Source: an uncultured Pseudomonadota bacterium
GTDB lineage: Bacteria > Pseudomonadota > Alphaproteobacteria > Acetobacterales > Acetobacteraceae
Assembly (NCBI GenBank): GCA_963795415.1
Contig: CAWCHQ010000003.1
Location: 600,326-664,325, forward strand
DNA: 64,000 bases
Direction: 5' to 3'
Shown: one piece after another, positions 56,891 through 64,000 of the stretch
Numbering within the stretch: the stretch's first letter is position 1
Layout: every line of letters starts with the position of its first letter
The notes under the pieces: generated by a model
Told to the model about the DNA's origin: nothing
The model's input: the letters and a program-made list of their open reading frames with translations, nothing else
Databases searched by the model: none
Position numbers and translations under genes: made by a program

Positions 56891-57811
56891 TCACGTCCCG
56901 ACCAGTCCGCGGGCAAAGTCCATGGCATCGAACGGGCGGAGATCGCCGGCTTTTTCACCGACGCCCACTGCGTGGACAGGCAGGCCGAAGATTTCAGCCA
57001 GGGCAACGACGATGCCGCCGCGGGCGCTGCCGTCCAGCTTGGTGACGACCAGGCCGGTGACGGCGACCATCGCTTTGAACACCTTCACCTGTTGGATGGC
57101 GTTCTGGCCAGTGGTGGCATCCAGCACCAGAAGGACAGAGTGCGGGGCGGTGGGGTCCTGCTTCTGCATGACCCGGATGATCTTCCGCAGCTCATCCATC
57201 AGGACGGACCTGTTGTGCAGGCGGCCGGCGGTGTCGATGAGCAAGACGTCGGCCTTCTCAGCGGCGGCGCGGGTGAGGGCGTCGAATGCGAGACCGGCGG
57301 CGTCGGCGTTGGGGAGGCCGGCAATGACCGGAGTGGCCGTGCGCTGACCCCAGATCTGGAGTTGCTCGACGGCGGCGGCCCGAAAGGTGTCGCCCGCGAC
57401 GATGACAGGTTTAAGCCCCTGCTCGCGATATTGCTGGGCCATCTTGCCGATAGTGGTCGTCTTGCCGGTGCCGTTGACGCCGACCACCAGGACCACGTGC
57501 GGCTTGCGCGCAGGATCGAGTTCCAGGGGCCGGGCGACGGGTTCGAGGATAAGGGCGATTTCCTCGGCAAGGGACTGCTTCACCTCCTCGTCGGTGATTT
57601 CCTTGCCGAAGCGGGTGCGGCGGAAGGCGGCGATGACCCGGGCGGCAACTTCGGTGCCCAGATCGGCGGAGATGAGCAGGTCCTCGAGTTCCTCGAGGGC
57701 TTCGTCATCGAGGCGGCGCTTGCGGAAGACCTCGGTGATGCCGCCGCCCAGTTTCTGGGTGGAGCGGGAGAGGCCTTCCTTGAGGCGGGAGAAAAAGCCG
57801 CCGAGGGCCAT
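56891..57811 (-). CDS. ftsY: Signal recognition particle receptor FtsY
   Basis: 306 aa with GVNGTGKTTTIGK, DTAGRLH and TKLDGSARGG. Confidence 0.95.
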   Translation of the reverse strand: MALGGFFSRLKEGLSRSTQKLGGGITEVFRKRRLDDEALEELEDLLISADLGTEVAARVIAAFRRTRFGKEITDEEVKQSLAEEIALILEPVARPLELDPARKPHVVLVVGVNGTGKTTTIGKMAQQYREQGLKPVIVAGDTFRAAAVEQLQIWGQRTATPVIAGLPNADAAGLAFDALTRAAAEKADVLLIDTAGRLHNRSVLMDELRKIIRVMQKQDPTAPHSVLLVLDATTGQNAIQQVKVFKAMVAVTGLVVTKLDGSARGGIVVALAEIFGLPVHAVGVGEKAGDLRPFDAMDFARGLVGT

Positions 57812-59121
57812 CAGTATCGACTTTTTGTCGTAGTATCCGATTCACGTGGCGAAGCGCCGGCGCTGCGCGACTCACGCTGCTCGGCGCTCGGATACTCGGG
57901 GGCCGCGATCAGGTGGTCCTGGGTTGCTGAGCAGACCCAGGCGGAGAGGACGCGGCCGGGCGGGGCAGGGGCGGTAAGGCGGACGGGGGCGAAGTGCTCC
58001 GAATGACCGGCATTTCCGGCTTCCGTCAGCACGTGGATTTCGCGGCCGAGCTGCGCGGTGAAGAAGGACGCGGCGTTGGCGCGCCCTGCTGCCCGAAGGC
58101 GGGCGGCCCGCTCGCGGCGGAGCGACCGGGAGACGAGCGGCATTCGGGCGGCTGGGGTGCCGGGGCGCTCGCTGTAGGGAAAGACGTGGAGGAAGGGCAG
58201 GGCGGTCTGCCGCACGAAATCGAGGGTTTCGGCAAACAGGGTATCGGTTTCAGTGGGGAAGCCGGCGATCAGATCGGCGCCGATGGCTATCCCCGGGCGT
58301 AGGGAGCGGGCCCGGTCGATGACCTGGCGGGCCTGGGCAGTCAGGTGGCGGCGCTTCATGCGCTTGAGGATGAGGTCGGAGCCGGCCTGGAGCGAGAGGT
58401 GGAGGTGGGGCATCAGGCGGGGTTGAGTGGCAAGAAGCTGCCAGATGTCGTCGTCTATGGCCGCGGGATCGAGCGAGGAGAAGCGAAGCCGGGGGAGTTC
58501 GGGCACCAGCGTGAGAAGGCGGCGGGCGAGCTGGCCAAGAGCAGGGCGGCCGGGAAGATCGGCGCCGTAGCTGGCGATATCGACGCCGGTGAGGACAATC
58601 TCCTGGAAGCCGGCTTCGACCAGGGCGCGGGCCTGGGCGACGACCGCTCCCGCCGGGACGGACCGGTTGGGGCCACGGCCGAACGGGATGACGCAGAAGG
58701 TGCAGCGGTGGTCGCAGCCCTGCTGGACCTGGACGAAGGCGCGGGCGCGCCCGGCGAATTCCGTCACCAGATGTGGGGCGGTTTCCCTCGCGGCCATGAT
58801 GTCGGAGACCGCTGATGGGCCAGCCGAGGCCCAATGCTCGGGGTGCAGCTTTTCAGTATTGCCGAGGACCCGGGTGACTCCGGGCAGTTGAGCCCAGGCG
58901 CCCGGGTTCAGCTGGGCGGCACAGCCGGTGACGACGATCGGGTGGCTCGGGTGGTCGCGGTGGGCACGGCGGATGGCCTGGCGGGCCTGGCGCTCGGCCT
59001 CGGCGGTAACGGCGCAGGTGTTGACGACGATGGTGTTGGTCAGCGGGGCGGCGTGGGCGCGGATGACCTCGGACTCATAGGCGTTGAGGCGGCAGCCGAA
59101 GGTGAGGATTTGGAGGGTCAT
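57811..59121 (-). CDS. mtaB: tRNA methylthiotransferase MtaB (MiaB-like radical SAM)
   Basis: Start at [16 protein letters not shown] in ORF 57811..59337. [11 protein letters not shown] radical-SAM motif. The last roughly 25 aa are REP-B-derived. ATGA overlaps with dapF and ftsY. Confidence 0.85.
   Translation of the reverse strand: MTLQILTFGCRLNAYESEVIRAHAAPLTNTIVVNTCAVTAEAERQARQAIRRAHRDHPSHPIVVTGCAAQLNPGAWAQLPGVTRVLGNTEKLHPEHWASAGPSAVSDIMAARETAPHLVTEFAGRARAFVQVQQGCDHRCTFCVIPFGRGPNRSVPAGAVVAQARALVEAGFQEIVLTGVDIASYGADLPGRPALGQLARRLLTLVPELPRLRFSSLDPAAIDDDIWQLLATQPRLMPHLHLSLQAGSDLILKRMKRRHLTAQARQVIDRARSLRPGIAIGADLIAGFPTETDTLFAETLDFVRQTALPFLHVFPYSERPGTPAARMPLVSRSLRRERAARLRAAGRANAASFFTAQLGREIHVLTEAGNAGHSEHFAPVRLTAPAPPGRVLSAWVCSATQDHLIAAPEYPSAEQRESRSAGASPRESDTTTKSRY
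57832..57896 (+). repeat. REP family B copy, lying inside the annotated 3' end of mtaB
   Basis: AGTATCCGATTCACGTGGCGAAGCGCCGGCGCTGCGCGACTCACGCTGCTCGGCGCTCGGATACT. Confidence 0.8.
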
Positions 59122-59984
59122 GGTTCGACTCCTCTCCCTGGCCCGCTTTCCCGCAAGGGGAGGGGGATTTCCACTTCTCCGGTGAAGGCGGTGGCGACGG
59201 GGCCGGTCATCAGGACGTGGTTGTCGGGGAGCCAGTCGATGGTGAGCTCGCCACCCTCCAGGATCAGGGTCGCGGAGCGGCCGGCGAGGCCGCGGCGATG
59301 AGCGTTGATCAGGGCGGCGCAGGCGCCGGAGCCGCAAGCCAGCGTTACGCCGGCGCCACGCTCCCAGACGCGGAGGCGGATGCGGTTGGGTGCGAGGATC
59401 TGGGCGAAGCCGATATTGGCCCGTTCGGGGAAGATGGGGTGGTGCTCCAGTCGGGGGCCGATCCGCTCGATGGGGATGGCGGCCAGGTTTTCGACGAAGA
59501 ATGTGGCGTGGGGGTTGCCCATGCTGACGGCCGCGGGATTGGCTACGGGCGGCTCGGCGATGGGGAGGCGAATGGTGTCGGCCGGTCCGGCCAGGGGGAT
59601 GTCGGTCCAGTCGAGGCGGGGCGCGCCCATGTCGACGCTGATGCTGGTGGGGCTGAGGATCTCGGCCGGGAGATTGCCGGCAATTGTGCGGATCATCAGG
59701 TGCCTGCGGCCGGTTTCGGCGTGGAGCAGGGCGGCGACGCAGCGGGTGGCGTTACCGCAGGCCCCGGCATCGGAGCCGTCCGGGTTGCGGATACGCATTT
59801 CCAGGTCGGCGCCCGAGCCCGGTGGCGGGGGGTGGAGGGTGATGAACTGGTCACAGCCGATGCCGGCGCGGCGGTTGGCGAGGCCGGTTACCTGGTCCGC
59901 GGTGAGTGCGAGCGGAATGGCGCGCTCGTCCAGGATGACGAAATCGTTGCCGCAGCCGTGCATCTTGATGAAGCGGGTTGGCAT
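59118..59984 (-). CDS. dapF: Diaminopimelate epimerase
   Basis: 288 aa with [29 protein letters not shown] and ACGSGACA. The C-terminal roughly 15 aa are REP-C-derived. Confidence 0.9.
   Translation of the reverse strand: MPTRFIKMHGCGNDFVILDERAIPLALTADQVTGLANRRAGIGCDQFITLHPPPPGSGADLEMRIRNPDGSDAGACGNATRCVAALLHAETGRRHLMIRTIAGNLPAEILSPTSISVDMGAPRLDWTDIPLAGPADTIRLPIAEPPVANPAAVSMGNPHATFFVENLAAIPIERIGPRLEHHPIFPERANIGFAQILAPNRIRLRVWERGAGVTLACGSGACAALINAHRRGLAGRSATLILEGGELTIDWLPDNHVLMTGPVATAFTGEVEIPLPLRESGPGRGVEP
59143..59167. repeat. Degenerate REP family C copy at the dapF 3' end
   Basis: CGCTTTCCCGCAAGGGGAGGGGGAT. Translated as IPLPLRESG in the dapF tail. Confidence 0.6.
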
Positions 59985-60124
59985 GGCAGGTGGGGTTATA
60001 TGGGGGTGTGGTTGGGGGTGAAAGGCGGGGGCGGCGCTTCAGGAAGTCCGGACGCTGACGGTGGAGCATTCAGGCACCGCACAGGGCGCCAAGCCTGGAA
60101 GTAACATCCAAATAGCCATTGTGC

Positions 60125-62041
60125 CTATTGTGCCGCGGGCAGGGCTCCCTGCGCCCCGAAATGGTATACTGAGGGGTTGGGTGGTCCCTCGACCTCCAGC
60201 AGGCCAACCAAACCATGTTCCATTCGGGATAATGCGTGGTCCACGAGCACATATTGCCCCGGGATTTCCGGCTTGAATTCCACGACGGTTGAACCGCCCG
60301 GAGGTACCGTCACAGTCTGCACGCCATGAATTGGAGGATTATCGAGCGAGCCAAGCTGGTAGACATTCTCGAAGATCTCACCGATCACGTGGAAGGACGA
60401 GGTGAGGTTTGGGCCGCCATCGCCGAAGAAAATACGTACGGTTTCTCCAACTTTGGCGTGCAGCGGATGCAGCTTGCTGATGGCGCCCACCGCGCCATTG
60501 AACACGATATATTCGGGGTGCTCGGCCAGCAGCTTATCTACGCTGAACTGCTGACTGCCCTGTTGGCCATATGCGCCTTCGGTGTAAATCTCGCCCTGCA
60601 TAACATAAAATTCGTGATCGACGCGCGGCAGACCTCCTTCAGGCTCAACGACCAGCAATCCGTACATTCCGTTGGCGATGTGCTCGGCTACCATGGGCGT
60701 TGCGCAATGATACACATACACTCCCGGCACCATTGCCTTGAATGTCAGGACCTTTTCCTGACCGGGCGCGACCTGCAGTCCGGCTGATCCCCCGCCGGGC
60801 CCAATCGCTCCATGGAAATCGACCGAGTGAACCATCGCACTGTTCGCGGCATTCTTCAGATGCACCTCGATCATGTCGCCGACGCGCACGCGCACAAACG
60901 GGCCTGGAACGGTTCCGTTAAACGTCCAGAACGTAAAGCTGACGCCATCGGCGAGCCGCGCCTCCTGTTCGACGCTTTCCAAATCGATGCGCACCGTCTG
61001 GGGCGGACGATTGCCGATCGCCGGCGGCACATTCGCGGGGTCGTGCGAGATGTCGGCCTGGATCAGCGCCGGCGGGGGCGGCTGAGTGGTAACGACGAAG
61101 CGGCCCTCCATGCCGGCTTCTCGATGCCCGGGGAGGTCGCAGTAATACTGAAAGTCACCCACTGCTGATGCAGTGAATGCCACGGTTGCGCTGGCGCCTC
61201 GGCCGGTTACGCGGGCCGAGCTGACATTCTGGGCTGGGAACACGATGTCATGCTCGGCTCCCTCGCCATTGACCAGGGTGAGCTGCACGGTTTCCCCCGC
61301 TGCTGCCGTGAGGGTCGGGTTGACCTGGCCATCGATCGGACCGCCTACACCGATGAACACCATCCGCCCGTCGGCAATGCCGGTGCGCAGAGTGTAATGC
61401 ACCTCCGGCAGCATGGAGGCGGCTGCACTTGCCGCGGCGGGTGGAGCGACCGGCGCTGGCGCGGCCTGTTGCGTGGTGGTCTGCTGCGCGGTGGTTTGGG
61501 GGGGCGCTGCGGCTGGTCCGGCCGCGGGCGCTGCTGCAGCCGGCGCGGATCGTGCGCGCAGGAAAGCGATTACATCAGACCGGTCGGTTGCCGAGTTCAG
61601 CCCAGGGAAGGGCATGCGGTTGCCTGGGACCAACGTCTGGGGTGAGGCCAGATACTGGTCAAGGGTTTTTTCATTCCAAACGATGTCCGCCTGCTTCATC
61701 GCGGGTGAATAGGGAAAGTTTGGCACGCTCCCGGCATGGCGGCCGAGAATGCCAGCCAGACTCGGCCCGATGAGCGTGCGCCCGGGGTCGAGCGAATGGC
61801 AGGCCTGGCATTTCCGGTACACTACGCGCCCATCGGCTACAGCTTTCTCGGGCGGCGGCGGCGGCTGGCTCATTTGCATCTGGTCGGGCGGAGGGCTGCC
61901 TGGTGTTCCAACCGGTGCGGCCGCCAATACAATGCAGGAGTTCACGCCATTGCGCAGGGCGTACACGCGCGCAGCCTGAATTCGGGCTGAGCGGGCGAGA
62001 CGCGGTGCACAGGCGAGCGATGCCGGAGCCCGGCGCCTCAA
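60125..62041 (-). CDS. nirK: Copper-containing nitrite reductase NirK with N-terminal cytochrome c and cupredoxin domains (four-domain type); N-terminus probably mis-framed
   Basis: CQACH heme c site, YYCDLPGHREAGMEG type-1 Cu cupredoxin, and a NirK core with HSVDFHGA, YVYHCATPMVAEHIANGMYG and VDHALS. A good signal peptide (MSRLLALFSLAVAVVCAPAL, GTG 62099, SD GGAGAGG) lies in another frame. Confidence 0.85.
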   Translation of the reverse strand: MRRRAPASLACAPRLARSARIQAARVYALRNGVNSCIVLAAAPVGTPGSPPPDQMQMSQPPPPPEKAVADGRVVYRKCQACHSLDPGRTLIGPSLAGILGRHAGSVPNFPYSPAMKQADIVWNEKTLDQYLASPQTLVPGNRMPFPGLNSATDRSDVIAFLRARSAPAAAAPAAGPAAAPPQTTAQQTTTQQAAPAPVAPPAAASAAASMLPEVHYTLRTGIADGRMVFIGVGGPIDGQVNPTLTAAAGETVQLTLVNGEGAEHDIVFPAQNVSSARVTGRGASATVAFTASAVGDFQYYCDLPGHREAGMEGRFVVTTQPPPPALIQADISHDPANVPPAIGNRPPQTVRIDLESVEQEARLADGVSFTFWTFNGTVPGPFVRVRVGDMIEVHLKNAANSAMVHSVDFHGAIGPGGGSAGLQVAPGQEKVLTFKAMVPGVYVYHCATPMVAEHIANGMYGLLVVEPEGGLPRVDHEFYVMQGEIYTEGAYGQQGSQQFSVDKLLAEHPEYIVFNGAVGAISKLHPLHAKVGETVRIFFGDGGPNLTSSFHVIGEIFENVYQLGSLDNPPIHGVQTVTVPPGGSTVVEFKPEIPGQYVLVDHALSRMEHGLVGLLEVEGPPNPSVYHFGAQGALPAAQ

Positions 62042-62498
62042 GTGCTGGTGCGCAGACCACCGCTACAGCCAAGGAAAACAAGGCCAGAAGTCGGCTCACT
62101 ACGCCTCTCCTCCAAAACTAACAATGATTGGCGCCGGGAAGAAGTTATCTCCGGGTGCCTGCTCCATCAGGCAATGGTTACTATGCGGGTCCGGAAAGGG
62201 AAAGCCCCCGGGAGGAAGATGGTGTCAAGAACAGAAGAAATTACTTAAATCCGAGATTGCGGCCTGGAGCAGGCGAATGTACCGAGCTGGCATGTTCAGG
62301 AAGGCTGTTTTGGACTCGTACTCGTGTTGCAGGAGCGTTTCGGAACAGGGGTTTGTGGAGCTGCGGCTGCCAAAATGGCTTGGCTGCGTGGCATCCACCG
62401 GGGAGTTTGCGTTAGCGTTCAGGCCGGCGCCCCACGCGATCAAAGATGTGTGCGATCGGGGACGCGATCGCCGGGGCGGCATGGGATCGTAAGAGGGT

Positions 62499-62783
62499 TT
62501 ACTGGCCGTTGCGGTTACCCGGAGCGGTGCCGACCCAGCCATAATTAGTGCCACCGGAGCCCTGCAATCCGGTCTGACCGGCATTGGGTTCGTAGCCGCC
62601 GGCTCGGAACGCGCCCTGGGTTCCGTTGGTGCCGCCCATGACGGCATAGGGTTTGGTGGGCTGGTTGGGCGGGAAGGGCGAGTTGGAGGCGCGCTGGTTC
62701 TGCTGCTGGTTCGGGGCGGCGGCCCAGGCCTGACTGGCGGCCATAAGCGCCACCAGGGGAAGCCATGCGATTCGGCTGGCCAT
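62499..62783 (-). CDS. Small secreted Gly/Asn/Gln-rich protein
   Basis: 94 aa with signal peptide MASRIAWLPLVALMAASQAWA and a low-complexity mature part. Confidence 0.45.
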   Translation of the reverse strand: MASRIAWLPLVALMAASQAWAAAPNQQQNQRASNSPFPPNQPTKPYAVMGGTNGTQGAFRAGGYEPNAGQTGLQGSGGTNYGWVGTAPGNRNGQ

Positions 62784-62894
62784 TGGGGAAATCTCCTTGT
62801 CCGAAAGACTCGATCGTCAAACGCGATGTTGCGGCGCGGCGTTGCGCCAATCGCGCTAATACGAACAGTGGAAATCCGGGAATGGGATGGCACT

Positions 62895-63485
62895 ATGATT
62901 GGCATGGGTGCATTGCCGAAGGTTCCGGTCCGGATGTCGGTGCAGGAGTTCCTTAACTGGGACTCGGGCGATCACCTGCGTTACGAACTGGTTGACGGAG
63001 AACCCCGTGCCATAGCACCTGCCAGCCGGACGCACGGGATGTTGCAGAGTGAGCTTGCGCGGTTGATCGGCAATCACCTGCGGGCGCGGAATTCTCCATG
63101 CGACGTGGTGAGCGCGCCGGGCGTGGTTCCGCGGCTGCTGCCGGATTTCAACTTTCGGGTGCCGGATCTGGGGGTCACGTGCACGCCATATGAACTGGAA
63201 CAGGCGGCGGTGCCGGAGCCTGTGCTGCTGGTGGAGATCTTCTCGCCGAGCAATCAGGCGAAGACCTGGACCAATGTCTGGACCTACACCTCGATTCCAA
63301 GCGTGCTGGAGATCCTGGTGTTGCGCAGTGATCGGGTCGCGGCCGAACTGTTGCGGCGATCGCCGGCGGGAGACTGGCCGGAGCGACCGCTGGTGGTCCC
63401 GGCGGAGGGCGAGCTGGCCCTGGAGAGCATCGATTTCCGGGTGCAGTTGGCGGAGGTTTATGCCCGGACGCGGTTGGCGATCTGA
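62895..63485 (+). CDS. Uma2-family (DUF820) endonuclease
   Basis: Internal start MIGMGALPKVPVRMSVQEFLNW. RYELVDGEP, PDLGVTC and LLVEIFSPSN. Confidence 0.7.
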   Translation: MIGMGALPKVPVRMSVQEFLNWDSGDHLRYELVDGEPRAIAPASRTHGMLQSELARLIGNHLRARNSPCDVVSAPGVVPRLLPDFNFRVPDLGVTCTPYELEQAAVPEPVLLVEIFSPSNQAKTWTNVWTYTSIPSVLEILVLRSDRVAAELLRRSPAGDWPERPLVVPAEGELALESIDFRVQLAEVYARTRLAI

Positions 63486-63574
63486 GCATTCTCCCGGCAC
63501 GATGCCGTGAACGTGGCCGGGGCGCGCCACCAAGCGGAATGCCATGGGTTCCGACTTGCTGCGGGCCCTGAGCG

Positions 63575-63700
63575 CCGGGGCGGGGCTCGCCCATGTCGAC
63601 GCTGATGCGGGTGGGCGAGTGAATTTCGGCCGGGAGATTGCCGGCGATGGTGCGGATAGTGCGTGCTGCCAGTTCAGGCATGGAGCAGCGCGCATGGTGG
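63575..63700 (-). pseudogene. Internal fragment of a dapF copy (about 125 bp, about 80% identical to 59618-59745)
   Basis: Minus strand encodes [26 protein letters not shown], versus [26 protein letters not shown] in dapF. Nucleotide alignment was read directly. Confidence 0.75.
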
Positions 63701-63804
63701 GTTGGGGAACCCATTGTGTGAACGGCCGAAGGCTGCGCCTGAATAGTTGTCACTGGGGCACCATATGCCAAGCGTTCAGGTCGTTTGTTATTCAATTATT
63801 GATC

Positions 63805-64000
63805 TTAGTGGTTCGCGAGTACGTACATGTACGAACTGCCGCCGACAGTGCCGAAGCTGACAGTAAGCCGCCCATCAGTAAGATCGGCGCTGGTGAATCC
63901 GGTTAGCGTCAGAGATGCGGTCGGCCTTCCAGAGGCCGTGGCGTGCAATGTCAATCCAGTGAAGCCAGTGGCTCCTTGACCGTCGACCCAGGCGAGGTTG
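63805..64000 (-). CDS. 3' end of an unidentified gene (N-terminus beyond the window)
   Basis: Open minus frame ..NLAWVDGQGATGFTGLTLHATASGRPTASLTLTGFTSADLTDGRLTVSFGTVGGSSYMYVLANH* with TAA at 63805-07. Looks like a repeat-rich secreted protein tail. Confidence 0.35.
   Translation of the reverse strand, partial: NLAWVDGQGATGFTGLTLHATASGRPTASLTLTGFTSADLTDGRLTVSFGTVGGSSYMYVLANH

Noticed and set aside
62042-62498. FNR/NnrR-type box (TTGAT-N4-ATCAA or TTGCG-N4-CGCAA) upstream of nirK
   Set aside because: Only half-site resemblances were seen (TTGCGTTAGCGTTC at about 62407, ATCAA at about 62447), with no dyad at a sensible distance from the start.

Overview
This is a GC-rich (about 63-65%) alphaproteobacterial chromosomal segment. 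Gene content and order (ccmCDEFGHI, tlpA/argH back to back, dapF-mtaB-ftsY, rpsT-dnaA) suggest a Rhodospirillales/Acetobacteraceae-like organism, which I cannot verify here. Core genes present are uvrD, metF, mlaA/mlaC, the cytochrome c maturation cluster, accA, panE, rpsT, dnaA, a sugar ABC operon, scoAB, bfd-bfr, selA plus tRNA-Sec, two OmpA-type porins, argH, tlpA, moeB, ftsY, mtaB and dapF. Two mobile-element patches interrupt this backbone. The first (12.6-20.3 kb) is a nested graveyard of IS630, IS256, IS1380, IS4/IS1634-like, IS481, ISNCY-like and group II intron fragments, plus orphan livF and parE remnants. The second (41.2-46 kb) holds a resolvase remnant, a truncated gene, an IS3 element, a disrupted resolvase, a low-GC orphan gene and a hypothetical gene. 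Other notable content: a cytochrome c + cupredoxin + NirK fusion (four-domain nitrite reductase) on a 3.6-kb segment bracketed by dapF and a dapF fragment, an ABC operon with a tandemly duplicated permease pair, three families of short palindromic repeats, and decayed TA-like modules. About 15-20 single-base frame breaks, nearly all in short homopolymers, hit otherwise conserved genes including accA and argH. These could be assembly errors or genuine gene decay, and I cannot tell which from sequence alone. I found no CRISPR array, no rRNA, and no convincing multi-gene novel system. The best leads are the resolvase-linked low-GC membrane-anchored orphan, the NirK islet, the decaying Sec machinery and the repeat families that rewrite gene 3' ends. 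Coordinates of non-ORF features were counted by hand and may be off by 1-2 nt.
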